Shown: positions 35,637-45,392 of the stretch, one piece after another | Position numbering within the stretch: the first letter of the stretch is position 1 | Layout of the letters: each line of letters begins with the position of its first letter | The notes under the pieces: generated by a model | The model's database searches: none | Told to the model about the DNA's origin: nothing | What the model saw: the letters and a program-made list of their open reading frames with translations, nothing else | Position numbers and translations under genes: made by a program | From: an uncultured Acidobacteriota bacterium | GTDB taxonomy: Bacteria > Acidobacteriota > Thermoanaerobaculia > Multivoradales > SZUA-115 | Length of the DNA: 64,000 nucleotides | Assembly (NCBI GenBank): GCA_963805975.1 | Contig: CAWDVR010000001.1 | Location: 832,001 to 896,000 of the forward strand | Reading direction: 5' to 3'

Positions 35637-36899
35637 CTACGTTTTACGAGTTTTCTTCTGCATCAGGTGAAGCTCCAGGGCGGCGGCGCAGGAGGCCGCG
35701 GCGACCTGTGCCTGCTTCCAGTCGAGCATCGCGCCGCCCTCGCCCCCTCTGGCCCCGTCACCATACAGCACCGCCACCAGCCGGCCGCGCACGTGGATCG
35801 GCGCCAGCACCGCGGTGGCCGGCAGCTTGCCGCCCCAGAGCTTCGCCATCTCGAGGTGGATGGGCATCGGCGCCAGCGGCCCGAGGTGCAGCCGGGCGCC
35901 CTGCCGCAGGTTGAGGAAGACCGAGGGGAGGTCGAAAGCGGCGCGAAACCGTGCCAGCCTGTCGGCCTGCACCCCTGCCCCCTGCCCCAGCCAGCCTGCC
36001 ACCCCTTCGGGCGTGACCTTGAACAGCAGCGCGCGCTGGAAGAGAGGAGCGACGTGCAGCAGCACGGCCCGCCCGATGTCGTCCAGGCTCGCCGCCGCCT
36101 CGAGCTGGGCTTCGAGCTCGGGTGGCGCGGGCGGAACTGGCTCCCGCACGGGAAGCGGCACCTCGGCGGGCTCCGCCGCCTGCTGCTGCGCCACTTCCGG
36201 GACCGGCTGGGTGGGGAGCTCCGGCGGCGGCAGGTCCGGCTCAGCGCTCTCCTCGAGGTCCGGCGCGGCCGCGGCGAGGCTCTCCAGGCCCTGGCTCTCC
36301 GGGCCCTGGCTTTCCGGGCCCTGGCTTTCCGGGGGAGCGCCGAGCTGTGCCTTCTCGTCCTCGGTCAGGGCGATGACCCGCGGCAGGCGCGAGCGCGCCT
36401 CGTCCCACAGCGAAGGCGGGCGGTTGAGCCGCGCCAGGAGGAGGGCGAAGCGGGGCGGGCACGCTTGGGCGTAGAAGGTGTTGAGCGCTTCGAGGATCCG
36501 TGGCTCGTTGGTCACGTGCGGCCGCAGTCGGCGCCGGGTGACCGCCGTGATCTCGGCCAAACCCTCTTCGTCGGCCGGGTTCTCGAGCGCCACCCAGAGC
36601 TCGCTGCCGACGATCCGGAACGGCACGGCCCGCCGGCGGCGGGCCAGCTCGACCGGAAGCTGGGCGATGGCGTTCGGGCGCACCTTGCGCAGGTCCGAGG
36701 CGCTCGCCGGCGGGCAGCCGTGCAGCTCGGAAAGGGTCTCGAGCAGCCGCTCCTCGGTGACGAAACCCAGCTCGAGCAGGCAGGTGCCGAAGCTGCCGCC
36801 GGACTCGGTCTGCACCTCGAAAGCGCGGCGCATGCGGTCCGCCGTCAGCCACCCGTGCCCGAGGAGCGAGGCCCCGAGCTCCTGCGCTCTGCGATCCAT
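35637..36899 (-). CDS. GspE/PilB N-terminal (MshEN-like) domain protein without ATPase
   Basis: LGASLLGHGWLT...Q....FGTCLLELGFVTEE, AVPFR, VALENP; Pro-rich middle; GAF-like C-terminus ending AVLYGD. Confidence 0.7.
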   Translation of the reverse strand: MDRRAQELGASLLGHGWLTADRMRRAFEVQTESGGSFGTCLLELGFVTEERLLETLSELHGCPPASASDLRKVRPNAIAQLPVELARRRRAVPFRIVGSELWVALENPADEEGLAEITAVTRRRLRPHVTNEPRILEALNTFYAQACPPRFALLLARLNRPPSLWDEARSRLPRVIALTEDEKAQLGAPPESQGPESQGPESQGLESLAAAAPDLEESAEPDLPPPELPTQPVPEVAQQQAAEPAEVPLPVREPVPPAPPELEAQLEAAASLDDIGRAVLLHVAPLFQRALLFKVTPEGVAGWLGQGAGVQADRLARFRAAFDLPSVFLNLRQGARLHLGPLAPMPIHLEMAKLWGGKLPATAVLAPIHVRGRLVAVLYGDGARGGEGGAMLDWKQAQVAAASCAAALELHLMQKKTRKT

Positions 36900-37013
36900 G
36901 GTGTAAGTTCTTTTTTCTCTTCAGGTTACCGCTGGCTCCCGGATTATAGGAGCGCTTCGTAAGCTTGTAAAGCACCCTTGTACAACGCGGCGAGCGGCTG
37001 CTATTCTGCCGCC

Positions 37014-39026
37014 GTGAAGGCCGCGCTGCCGCTCGTCTTCCTGCTCTTGGTCCCGCCGCCGGCTGCCGCGGCTGGCAAGTCTTCCTCCCGCGACCCGTCC
37101 GCGGCGCCGGGTACCGTGCAGCAACCCTCTACGACGGAGGCGGGCCAGGGTTCTGCCGCCGCCGAGCTCGCCTTCGCCCGCTCCCGCATGGCCGCCGCCA
37201 ACGGAGACTGGGAGGATGCGGAGGCGGAGCTCCAACGGGCGGTGGAGCTGGCGCCGGACGATCCCTACGTCCATCTGGAGTACGCGAAGCTCCTGCTGCG
37301 GCTGGGCCAGTTCGGCCGCGACGCCGGCCAGCGCGCCGAGCGCCTGCAGCAGGCCATGGCGCAGCTCGCCGCCGCCGAGCGTGCCGGCGCGGGGGAGCTC
37401 GACACGGTGCGCGAGATCGGTCTCGCCTACCTCGATCTGGCCCAGGAGAGCCGCGAGGCCATGGCCGCCGCGCAGCGCGCTCTCGAGACAGTGCGCGCGG
37501 CACGCCCCGACGATCCGGAGGTGCTGCTCCCCCTGGGCCAGATCTATCGCGTGCAGGGTGAGCTGCCGAAAGCCGTGGCGGCCTTCCGCGAGGCCGCCGC
37601 GGTGGTGCCGGGCAACGGCTGGGCGCAATCGCTCCTCGCCCGAGCCGTGGTCGAGATGGCCCAGCAGCAGGCCAAGGCCGGCAAGACGGACGAGGCGGAG
37701 CGCCTGCTGCGCGAGGGGGTCGCCGCCAACGACGCCGAGGCGCGGATCTCGCTCGCCGACCTGGTGAGCCGCCGCGGCGAGCATGCCGAGGCGGCCGAGC
37801 TGCTGCTGGCGGTGCCGGCCGAGGCCCTGCGTCCCGAGATCACCCAGCGCCTGGTGTGGGAGCTCTTCCTGGCCGGCCGGCTGGACGAAGCGGCGGCGCG
37901 CGCCCAGCAGATGCCGAGCGAGGGCAACGGCACGGTGCGCACGCTGCAGATCCTCCTGCTGGCAGCGCAGGGCCGCCACGACCAGGCCGCCGACGCGCTG
38001 GCGACGGTGATCCAGAAAGCCCCCTCCAACACCACTCTGATCGAGGCCGTCACCCGCGCCCTGGCGAGCGCCGGCCGGCGTGCCGAGGCCGAGCGCTTCC
38101 TGTCGAGCCTCGCGCAGCGCATCGAGGCGATCAGCGGCCAGCCGGGCCTGACCGCGGCGCGGCTCGAGCTCGCGGACCTCGCGTCCGAGCGCGGCGCCTG
38201 GACCGAGGTCGAGAGCCGGCTCGCGCCGCTGGCTCGCACCGGCACCACCGAGGACGGGGAAGGCTGGAAGCTGCTCTACGCCGACGCCCTGGTGCATCTC
38301 GAACGGGGCGCCGAGGCCCTGGCGTTCCTGCCGGAGCTGCCGGCGGACGCCGCAGTGGAGGCGAGCCGCGCGCCGCTGGTCGCCAAGCGCGCCGAGGTTC
38401 TGCTGCGCCTGGGCCGCGACGCCGAGGCCGCGCGAGCGCTCGCGGCGCTGACCTCGAAGAACGACCCGACGCTGCTCTTGCAGGCCGCTCGCGTCTACCA
38501 ACGGCTGACGCGCTACCCGGAGGCCATCCCGCTCCTGACGCGGCTGCTCGACCTCGATGGTTCCTCGGTCGAGGGCCGCTACTTCCTGGGGGTCGCGCTC
38601 GAGCGCACGGGTCAGCGCGAAGAGGCGGTGTCGGCGTTCCGGCACCTGATCTCGCTGACGCCGGACTTCGCGCCGGCGCTCAACTACCTCGGTTACATGT
38701 GGACCGAGCGCGGCGAGAACCTCGAGGAGGCGCTCCGTTTCGTCGAGCGTGCCGTGGCGCTGGACCCCAACAACGGCGCCTATCTCGACTCGCTCGGCTG
38801 GGCCTTTTTCCGTCTGGGCCGCTTCGAGAGTGCCCGCGGCCACCTGGAGCGCGCCGCCCTGCTGCTGCCCGAGGACGCCACCGTGTTCGAGCACCTGGGC
38901 GACCTGTACGTGGCGCTCGGCTCTCCGGAGCTGGCGCGCGGCGTGTACCAGAGGGCGCTCGAGCTGGGCAGCGACAATCCCGAGTCGGTGCGCGGCAAGC
39001 TCCAAGGCGTGAGCGGCGGCAGCTAG
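37014..39026 (+). CDS. Secreted tetratricopeptide-repeat protein
   Basis: Signal peptide; ALNYLGYMW, AVALDPNNGAYLDSLGW, EHLGDLY; TTGTAC-18-TATTCT upstream. Confidence 0.88.
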   Translation: MKAALPLVFLLLVPPPAAAAGKSSSRDPSAAPGTVQQPSTTEAGQGSAAAELAFARSRMAAANGDWEDAEAELQRAVELAPDDPYVHLEYAKLLLRLGQFGRDAGQRAERLQQAMAQLAAAERAGAGELDTVREIGLAYLDLAQESREAMAAAQRALETVRAARPDDPEVLLPLGQIYRVQGELPKAVAAFREAAAVVPGNGWAQSLLARAVVEMAQQQAKAGKTDEAERLLREGVAANDAEARISLADLVSRRGEHAEAAELLLAVPAEALRPEITQRLVWELFLAGRLDEAAARAQQMPSEGNGTVRTLQILLLAAQGRHDQAADALATVIQKAPSNTTLIEAVTRALASAGRRAEAERFLSSLAQRIEAISGQPGLTAARLELADLASERGAWTEVESRLAPLARTGTTEDGEGWKLLYADALVHLERGAEALAFLPELPADAAVEASRAPLVAKRAEVLLRLGRDAEAARALAALTSKNDPTLLLQAARVYQRLTRYPEAIPLLTRLLDLDGSSVEGRYFLGVALERTGQREEAVSAFRHLISLTPDFAPALNYLGYMWTERGENLEEALRFVERAVALDPNNGAYLDSLGWAFFRLGRFESARGHLERAALLLPEDATVFEHLGDLYVALGSPELARGVYQRALELGSDNPESVRGKLQGVSGGS

Positions 39027-39796
39027 TGAAGCCGGCTCCCCTGCCTGTCATCCTGAGCCTGGCCCTGGTTGCGAGCGCCGCTTGCGCGACGGCCACGGCA
39101 GAGGGTCCGGCGGTGGTCGTGGCGCCGGGCGCGCCGCCCGCGGCCGCTTCCGCGCCACCGCCGGCGAGCGCCGACCTCTGGGAGATCCCGGCCTCCGATC
39201 TCTTCCAGCAGCGCCTCTTTCGCATGCGCTACGGCGGCCCGGAAGGGGAGGGCAGCTTCCGGCTGACGTTGCGCCTCGCGGCCCCGGACCGCTACCGTGT
39301 GACCACGGTCGACGCCGTGGGGCGGGCGGTGTGGAGCCTTTCCCTGGACGGCGAAGACGGTTTGTGGATCGACCACCGCCAGAAACGGTTCTGCCGTTTC
39401 CACGGCGCCATGGAGCTCGCCGCGGTGCCGCTCAAGCCGTTTGCGCTCCCCGCGCTGCCCTCGGTGCTCCTGGGGCGCCTGCCGGTTGCGCCCCGGGAAG
39501 CGCCGTACGAGGACGGCGCCTACCTCGAGTTCAAGGACTCCGCGGGCCGGCGCTGGACGGCCACCCGCGAGGGCGACCAGTTGACCAAGTGGACCTTCTG
39601 GGAAGCCGGTGAGCCGTCGATCTGGTGGGGCCGGCAGGGCGAGGAGGCGGTGCTCTCCGAGCGCGCGCAGGGCATTCAGCTGCGCTGGCGGCAGGTGCTG
39701 GCGGAGCCGATCTCCGAGCTGCCCCCGGCGCCGCCGGTGCCGGAGGGCTACGTCGCGGGGTGCGAGGAAGCCTCCAACCCTGCCGCCATGCCCTGA
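39026..39796 (+). CDS. Hypothetical lipoprotein (possible LolB/LolA-like fold)
   Basis: GTG overlapping the TPR stop; lipobox-like SAAC; beta-rich sequence; gene position. Confidence 0.6.
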   Translation: MKPAPLPVILSLALVASAACATATAEGPAVVVAPGAPPAAASAPPPASADLWEIPASDLFQQRLFRMRYGGPEGEGSFRLTLRLAAPDRYRVTTVDAVGRAVWSLSLDGEDGLWIDHRQKRFCRFHGAMELAAVPLKPFALPALPSVLLGRLPVAPREAPYEDGAYLEFKDSAGRRWTATREGDQLTKWTFWEAGEPSIWWGRQGEEAVLSERAQGIQLRWRQVLAEPISELPPAPPVPEGYVAGCEEASNPAAMP

Positions 39797-39945
39797 GCCG
39801 GAACGGGGCTGGACCCCCGCTTCGGGCCTCTCCAGCTATAATGCCGCAGATTCGTCCGTTCCCTGGAGTATGTGTTATCGCGTGCGCCGGTTTCCCGGCG
39901 TCGATGTTTGATTACGGCGGCTCGGCTCTTGAGGGAGGAACTGGA

Positions 39946-40455
39946 ATGCAGATCACTGAGGTCAAGGTCTTCCCGATTCACGAGGAGAAGCTCAAGGCCT
40001 TCGTCTCGGTCGTGTTCGACGGGTGCTTCATGGTCAACGACATCAAGGTGATTCGCGGCCGTGAGGGCCTGTTCATCAGCATGCCCAGCCGCAAGAAGAA
40101 GAACGGCGAGTTCAAGGACGTGGCCCACCCCTTGAACAACGAGACCCGGCGGATGATCGAGACTCAGATCCTGGGCGAGTACGAGCGGGTGCTGGGCGAG
40201 AAGGGCGCCAGCGCGGTGGCCTCGCCGGAGCAGGCGCCGGCCTTCGACGGCCTGGAGACACCGCAGCCGGTGCCGATGGCGGCGATGACCATGGCGTCGG
40301 CGGTGATGGCCCCGGTGGCGATGGCGGCGGCCGAGGAGCCTTCCGCCGCGTCGGTCATGGCCCAGATGTCCCCTGGGCCGGCGGTCGACGAGCCGCAATC
40401 GATGGAGGAGGTCGAGGCCCTGCATCTCAGGGACTCGTTCTGGAGCGTAAGCTAG
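39946..40455 (+). CDS. spoVG: SpoVG family nucleic-acid-binding protein
   Basis: MQITEVKV, LKAFVSVVFD, GLFISMPSRK, FKDVAHP; GGAGG SD. Confidence 0.92.
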   Translation: MQITEVKVFPIHEEKLKAFVSVVFDGCFMVNDIKVIRGREGLFISMPSRKKKNGEFKDVAHPLNNETRRMIETQILGEYERVLGEKGASAVASPEQAPAFDGLETPQPVPMAAMTMASAVMAPVAMAAAEEPSAASVMAQMSPGPAVDEPQSMEEVEALHLRDSFWSVS

Positions 40456-40490
40456 GCAAGCTCGCCGCGGCTCCCGCGGCGAGAGAACTT

Positions 40491-40565
40491 TGGGGAGTGG
40501 CCAAGCGGTAAGGCAGCGGACTTTGGATCCGCCAACCGTAGGTTCGAATCCTACCTCCCCAGCCA
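40491..40565 (+). tRNA. tRNA-Gln(TTG)
   Basis: TGGGGAG acceptor, GCCAAGCGGTAAGGC D-arm, GCGGA-CTTTGGA-TCCGC anticodon arm, GGTTCGAATCC, 3' CCA; usual position before prs. Confidence 0.96.
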
Positions 40566-40675
40566 ACCGAGCCTCGACCAATCCTGCCGCCGCCGGCCAA
40601 GCCGTGGCGGCTTGGGGTAGGATGCGCCGTCCCGACGCGGCCAAACCACCACCAACACCCCCATTCCTCCAAAGC

Positions 40676-41635
40676 ATGCCTCTCAACGAGCGACTGTACG
40701 GCGAGCTCAAAGTCTTCGGCGGCCGGGCCCACCCGGAGCTGACCGAGGAGATCTGCTCCTATCTGAACGTTCCGGCCGGCAACGCCACGCTGTTCAACTT
40801 CTCGGACGGGGAGACCTTCGTCCAGATCGAGGAGAACGTGCGCGGCTCGGACGTGTTCATCGTCCAGCCCACCTGCGCACCCGCCAACCAGAACCTGATG
40901 GAACTGCTGATCATGCTCGACGCCTTCAAGCGCTCGTCGGCGTCGCGGGTCACGGCCGTGCTCCCGTACTACGGCTATGCCCGGCAGGATCGCAAGGACC
41001 GGCCACGGGTGCCGATCACCGCCAAGCTGGTCGCCGACCTGATCTCCCGCGCCGGCGCCGACCGGGTGCTGACGCTCGACCTCCACGCCGGCCAGATCCA
41101 GGGCTTTTTCGACGTGCCGGTGGACCACCTCTTCGCGGCCCCGGTGCTGCTCGAGGCGATCCGCTCGCTCGACATCCCGGACCTGGTGATCGTCTCGCCG
41201 GACGCCGGCGGCGTCGAGCGGGCGCGCGCCATCGCCAAGCGCCTGGAGACCGGCCTCGCGATCGTCGACAAGCGGCGCTTCGCGCCCAACGAGGCCGAAG
41301 TGATGAACATCATCGGCGACGTCGAAGGCTCGAGCGCCCTGATCCTGGACGACATCATCGACACCGCCGGCACACTGGTCAAGACGGTGGAGGCCCTGGC
41401 CGCCAAAGGCGCCCGCCGCATCCTCGCTGCGGCCGTGCACGGCGTGCTCTCCGGTCCCGCCCTCACCCGGCTCGAGGAATCCCCGCTCGAGCTGGTGCTG
41501 ATCACCAACACCACCCCGGTTGGCGACAAGGTCGCCGGCTGCAGCAAGCTCGAGCCGCTCTCCGTCGCCGGCCTGCTGGGGGAAGCGATCCGACGGATCC
41601 ACGAAAACAGCTCGGTGTCCTCGCTCTTCGTCTGA
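40676..41635 (+). CDS. prs: Ribose-phosphate pyrophosphokinase
   Basis: FSDGE, YYGYARQDRK, VSPDAGGVERA, DDIIDTAGT. Confidence 0.97.
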   Translation: MPLNERLYGELKVFGGRAHPELTEEICSYLNVPAGNATLFNFSDGETFVQIEENVRGSDVFIVQPTCAPANQNLMELLIMLDAFKRSSASRVTAVLPYYGYARQDRKDRPRVPITAKLVADLISRAGADRVLTLDLHAGQIQGFFDVPVDHLFAAPVLLEAIRSLDIPDLVIVSPDAGGVERARAIAKRLETGLAIVDKRRFAPNEAEVMNIIGDVEGSSALILDDIIDTAGTLVKTVEALAAKGARRILAAAVHGVLSGPALTRLEESPLELVLITNTTPVGDKVAGCSKLEPLSVAGLLGEAIRRIHENSSVSSLFV

Positions 41636-41667
41636 GGACGGCAGGGCTTCGAAAAAAGGAACGTTCC

Positions 41668-42327
41668 ATGAGTGAGCTCAACCTGGCAGTAGAGAAGCGC
41701 GACACCGGCGGCAAGAACGCCAATCGCAGGCTGCGCAAGAGCGGCCGCATCCCGGCCGTGGTCTACGGCGGCGGCAAGGACTCGGTCGCCATCGAGATCG
41801 ACCGCCGCTCCTTCCTCGACCTCACCCGCCAGCGGGCGGGCGAGAACTCGATCTTCGTGCTCGAGATGGCCGGCGGTGATCTCAAGCGGCACGCCGTGAT
41901 CCGCGACATCCAGATCGACGTGGTGAGCCGCCAGATCCTGCACATCGACTTTCAGCGCGTGCTGATGACCGAGAAGCTGCGGGTCACGGTAGCGATCGAG
42001 CTCGTCGGTACCGCCTACGGCGTCAAGAACGAGAACGCGGTGGTCGACTTCGTGACCCGCGAGGTCGAGGTGGAGTGCCTGCCGGGAGACATCCCGGGGC
42101 ACCTCACGCTCGACGTCACGCCGCTGCACGTCGGCCAGCACCTCGAGGCCGGGGCCATCGAGCTGCCCGCGGGGGTGAAGCTGGTGACCGATCCCGAGCG
42201 CGTCATCGCCTCGTGCAGCCATCCGCGCCTCGAGGTCGAAGCTCCCGCCGCCGGCGAGGGCCTGATCGAGGGCTCCGGCAAGGAGCCCGAGGTCGTGACG
42301 CGCGGCAAGCAGGCGGCCGAGGACTAG
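41668..42327 (+). CDS. rplY: 50S ribosomal protein L25/Ctc
   Basis: RRLRKSGRIPAVVYG, ILHIDF, VECLPGDIP. Confidence 0.95.
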   Translation: MSELNLAVEKRDTGGKNANRRLRKSGRIPAVVYGGGKDSVAIEIDRRSFLDLTRQRAGENSIFVLEMAGGDLKRHAVIRDIQIDVVSRQILHIDFQRVLMTEKLRVTVAIELVGTAYGVKNENAVVDFVTREVEVECLPGDIPGHLTLDVTPLHVGQHLEAGAIELPAGVKLVTDPERVIASCSHPRLEVEAPAAGEGLIEGSGKEPEVVTRGKQAAED

Positions 42328-42339
42328 GCCGGCTCCGCC

Positions 42340-42927
42340 GTGGACGCGCCGGAGCGTCGGGAGGCGCCGCGGCCGAAGCTCGTGGTGGGCCTCGGCAACC
42401 CGGGCGAGCGCTACGCGGCCACCCGCCACAACGTGGGCTTTCGGGTGGTCGGGGAGCTGGCCCGGCGGCGTGGCCTGCCGCTCACCGGGGTCGAGTGCAA
42501 CTCGCTGGCGGCGACGGGCGAGGGCTGCCTCCTCGCCCAGCCGCAGACCTACATGAACCGGAGCGGCTACGCGGTCCAGTGCCTGGTCGAGCGTTGGGGC
42601 TTCGCGCCGGCGGAGATCCTGGTGGTCTACGACGAGCTGCAACTGCCGCTCGGCCGGGTGCGGCTGCGGCCCGCCGGCAGCCCCGGCGGCCACCGGGGAA
42701 TGGAGTCGATCGCCGAGAGCCTGGCGACGGACCAGGTGCCCCGCCTGCGGCTGGGCATCGGGATCGAACCGCCGCCGGCGGCCGAGCGGCTGCCGGACTT
42801 CGTGCTGGCGCCCTTCGGCGCCGCGGAGCGGGAGGCGGTCGCGGCCATGATCGTTCGCGCCGCGGACGCCTGCGAGGCCTGGCTCGCCGAAGGCGCGGAG
42901 GCCGCGATGCGGCGGTTCAACGGCTAG
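42340..42927 (+). CDS. pth: Peptidyl-tRNA hydrolase
   Basis: GLGNPG..Y..TRHNVGF, PQTYMNRSG, GGHRG, RLRLGIG. Confidence 0.96.
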   Translation: MDAPERREAPRPKLVVGLGNPGERYAATRHNVGFRVVGELARRRGLPLTGVECNSLAATGEGCLLAQPQTYMNRSGYAVQCLVERWGFAPAEILVVYDELQLPLGRVRLRPAGSPGGHRGMESIAESLATDQVPRLRLGIGIEPPPAAERLPDFVLAPFGAAEREAVAAMIVRAADACEAWLAEGAEAAMRRFNG

Positions 42928-43016
42928 TCGAGAGCTGACAAGGCCTCGCCCGATCGTGTAGTATCCGCGTTTCCAAAACGGCCCGGGGACCTTCAGGTCC
43001 GACCGGGCACCATCCA

Positions 43017-43063
43017 AACCTCTCTGCCCCGCCACGAGCGGGGCCGAACAGGCCAGAGGGAGG
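43017..43063 (+). promoter_or_regulatory. Probable S6:S18 ribosomal-protein leader RNA
   Basis: CCTCTCTG pairs with CAGAGGG (covering SD GGGAGG); inner stem CCCCGC/GCGGGG followed by unpaired CCG; candidate promoter CTGACA-18-TAGTAT at 42935-42964. Confidence 0.5.
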
Positions 43064-43072
43064 CTCCCGCAA

Positions 43073-43432
43073 GTGCTACGCACGTACGAGATGATTTTCA
43101 TCGTCGATCCTCGTCTGCCGGACGAGGAAGTCACCACCATCGTGGACGACTACAAGCGCATGGCCACCACCGCCGGTGGCGACGTGGCGAGGGAGGAGAG
43201 CTGGGGCAAGCGCCGGCTCGCCTTCCCGATCGAGAAGCTGACCGAGGGCCGGTACTTCCTGCTCTACGTCACGGCCGAGGACAAGAACCCGCTGCGCGAC
43301 GTCCAGCACCGCATGGGGCAGAACGACAAGATCCTGCGCTACCTGACCGTGCGCACTGACCGGCCGGTTCCCTTGACGGAGCTCGTCCCCGTCGAGGCCG
43401 AAACCGCTCCCGTGGTCGAGGAGGAAGCCTAG
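43073..43432 (+). CDS. rpsF: 30S ribosomal protein S6
   Basis: YEMIFIVDP, WGKRRLAFPI, ILRYL. Confidence 0.95.
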   Translation: MLRTYEMIFIVDPRLPDEEVTTIVDDYKRMATTAGGDVAREESWGKRRLAFPIEKLTEGRYFLLYVTAEDKNPLRDVQHRMGQNDKILRYLTVRTDRPVPLTELVPVEAETAPVVEEEA

Positions 43433-43687
43433 ATGCCAATGCCACCCAAGGGCGCAAAGGGCGGTAAGAAGGTCTTCTTCCGCCGGCGCAAAGTGTGCAA
43501 GTTCTGCGTCGACAAGATCGACTACATCGACTACAAAGACATCAAGCTGCTGCAGCAGTTCATCCCCGAGCGGGCCAAGATCCTGCCGCGCCGGATCTCC
43601 GGCACCTGCGCCAGCCACCAGCGGATGTTGCAGCAGGCCATCAAGCGCGCGCGCCACCTGGCGCTGCTGCCGTTCACCACGGATTAG
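43433..43687 (+). CDS. rpsR: 30S ribosomal protein S18 (Zn-binding type)
   Basis: [33 protein letters not shown]. Confidence 0.97.
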   Translation: MPMPPKGAKGGKKVFFRRRKVCKFCVDKIDYIDYKDIKLLQQFIPERAKILPRRISGTCASHQRMLQQAIKRARHLALLPFTTD

Positions 43688-43697
43688 GGGGCCCGAC

Positions 43698-44144
43698 GTG
43701 CAAGTCATACTCTTGAGTGACCAGCGCAACCTGGGCCGTCGCGGCGAGGTGGTGAAGGTGAAAGCCGGCTACGGCCGCAACTTCCTGCTGCCGCAGGGCT
43801 TCGCCCTGGAGGCCACACCGGCGAACATCAAGTACTTCGCCGAGCAGCGGAAGAAGATCGATCTCAAGCACGGCAAGGAGCGCGACGCGGCGGCGGAGAT
43901 CGCGGCGCAGCTCGCCGCCATCCAGCTCACCATCAAGAAGAAGGTGGGCGAGACGCAGACCCTGTACGGGTCGGTCACCGCCACCGAGATCGCCGACGCC
44001 CTGGCCGACCGAGGCGTCACCGTCGACAAGCGGCGCCTCGACCTCGGCGGCGGGATCAAGTCGCTGGGAGACCACAAGGTGACCCTCGACCTCCACCCCG
44101 AGGTGCTGGCCGAGATCACCGTTTCCGTGGTCCCCGAGGAGTAA
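43698..44144 (+). CDS. rplI: 50S ribosomal protein L9
   Basis: VKVKAGYGRNFLLPQG, LYGSVT, IKSLG. Confidence 0.96.
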   Translation: MQVILLSDQRNLGRRGEVVKVKAGYGRNFLLPQGFALEATPANIKYFAEQRKKIDLKHGKERDAAAEIAAQLAAIQLTIKKKVGETQTLYGSVTATEIADALADRGVTVDKRRLDLGGGIKSLGDHKVTLDLHPEVLAEITVSVVPEE

Positions 44145-44153
44145 GCTCCCGGC

Positions 44154-45392
44154 ATGCCCGAGGAGCGGGTCAGCTCGTCCGACCCCGAGCCGCTGCCGGC
44201 CGCGGCGGGCGGGCGACCCGCAACTCGAACCCCCCCCGGCATCGAAGACTTTCTGGCCGACCCTCCCCGCGACCTCGCCCGCTGGCGGTGGTTGTGGGAA
44301 GGGGACCGGCCGTTCCCCATCCGCAGCGATCGCGGCTGGCTCGGCCGCCTGCTGGTGGCCGGCAAGCGGCTGCTGCGGCCGTTGGTCAAGACCCCGCAGA
44401 ACGATCTCTGGGAGCGCCAGCGGGTCTTCAACCTGATCCTCCTCGAGTGGCTCGCGGCCCAGGAGGCGCTGCGCCTCGAGCCGCGGCTCGCGCAGCTCGA
44501 AGCGTCGCTGCCGGCGCGCCTCGACGAGCTGCTGCGGCACAACGACGCGCTGTTCGTGCGCCTGGACCAGAAGGTCGACCTCCACCGCCGCCAGGCGGCC
44601 GAGCTCACGAGCCGTCTGGGCGCGGCCCTGGCCGTGGCGGAGACGGCGGCGGAGGGGCCCACGGCCAGCGCGCGGCTGATCGCCACGCACGACGAGCAGG
44701 GCTACCTGGAGCTCGAGCGCCGCTTCCGGGGCACCGAGGCGGAGATCGCCACCCGTCTCGAGCCCTACCTGCCGCGCCTCGCGGGCCGGGGGGAGGTGCT
44801 GGACCTGGGCTGCGGCCGCGGCGAGGCCCTCGCCGTGCTCGGCGCGGCGGGCGTGCCGGCGCGCGGCGTCGACGGCAGCGCGAGCATGGTGGCGCACTGC
44901 CGGGAGCGCGGCCTCGCGGCGGAGGAGGGTGACCTCTTCGGGCATCTCGCGGGTCAGGCCGAGGGGCGGCTCGGGGGAGTGGTCTCCTTCCACGTCCTCG
45001 AGCACCTGCCGGCAACCGAGATCGACCGCCTGGTGCGTCTGGCCTTCCGCGCTCTGGCGCCGGGTGGCGTGCTGATCCTCGAGACCCCGAACCCGTTGTC
45101 GATCGTCGTCGCCGCGCGCAACTTCTGGCTCGACCCCACCCATCGTCGCCCCATCCATCCCGAGGCGCTCAAGCTCTCGTGCCGGCTGGCGGGCTTCGAC
45201 CCCGTCGAGCAGTGGAACCTGCGGCCCTTCCCGGCCGACGTGCGCCTGCCGGAGGTGGACCTCGGCGCCCTGCCGGAAGCGCAGGGCAGCCTCGCCCATC
45301 AGGTGAACACCCTCCGTGACCGGCTGGACGAGCTGCTGTTCGGCTATCAGGACTATGCGGTGGTGGCGGAGAAGCCGCGGGATCGGAGCTAG
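44154..45392 (+). CDS. Class I SAM-dependent methyltransferase with N-terminal coiled coil
   Basis: ERRFRG, VLDLGCGRGE, FHVLEHL, LETPNP, FWLDPTH, GYQDYA. Confidence 0.85.
   Translation: MPEERVSSSDPEPLPAAAGGRPATRTPPGIEDFLADPPRDLARWRWLWEGDRPFPIRSDRGWLGRLLVAGKRLLRPLVKTPQNDLWERQRVFNLILLEWLAAQEALRLEPRLAQLEASLPARLDELLRHNDALFVRLDQKVDLHRRQAAELTSRLGAALAVAETAAEGPTASARLIATHDEQGYLELERRFRGTEAEIATRLEPYLPRLAGRGEVLDLGCGRGEALAVLGAAGVPARGVDGSASMVAHCRERGLAAEEGDLFGHLAGQAEGRLGGVVSFHVLEHLPATEIDRLVRLAFRALAPGGVLILETPNPLSIVVAARNFWLDPTHRRPIHPEALKLSCRLAGFDPVEQWNLRPFPADVRLPEVDLGALPEAQGSLAHQVNTLRDRLDELLFGYQDYAVVAEKPRDRS

Noticed and set aside
40490-40675. N-terminal extension of prs in the track
   Set aside because: It runs through tRNA-Gln; the start is more likely ATG 40676.
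40566-40675. tRNA-Gln as an integration site
   Set aside because: No integrase or duplicated tRNA 3' end seen; prs follows directly.
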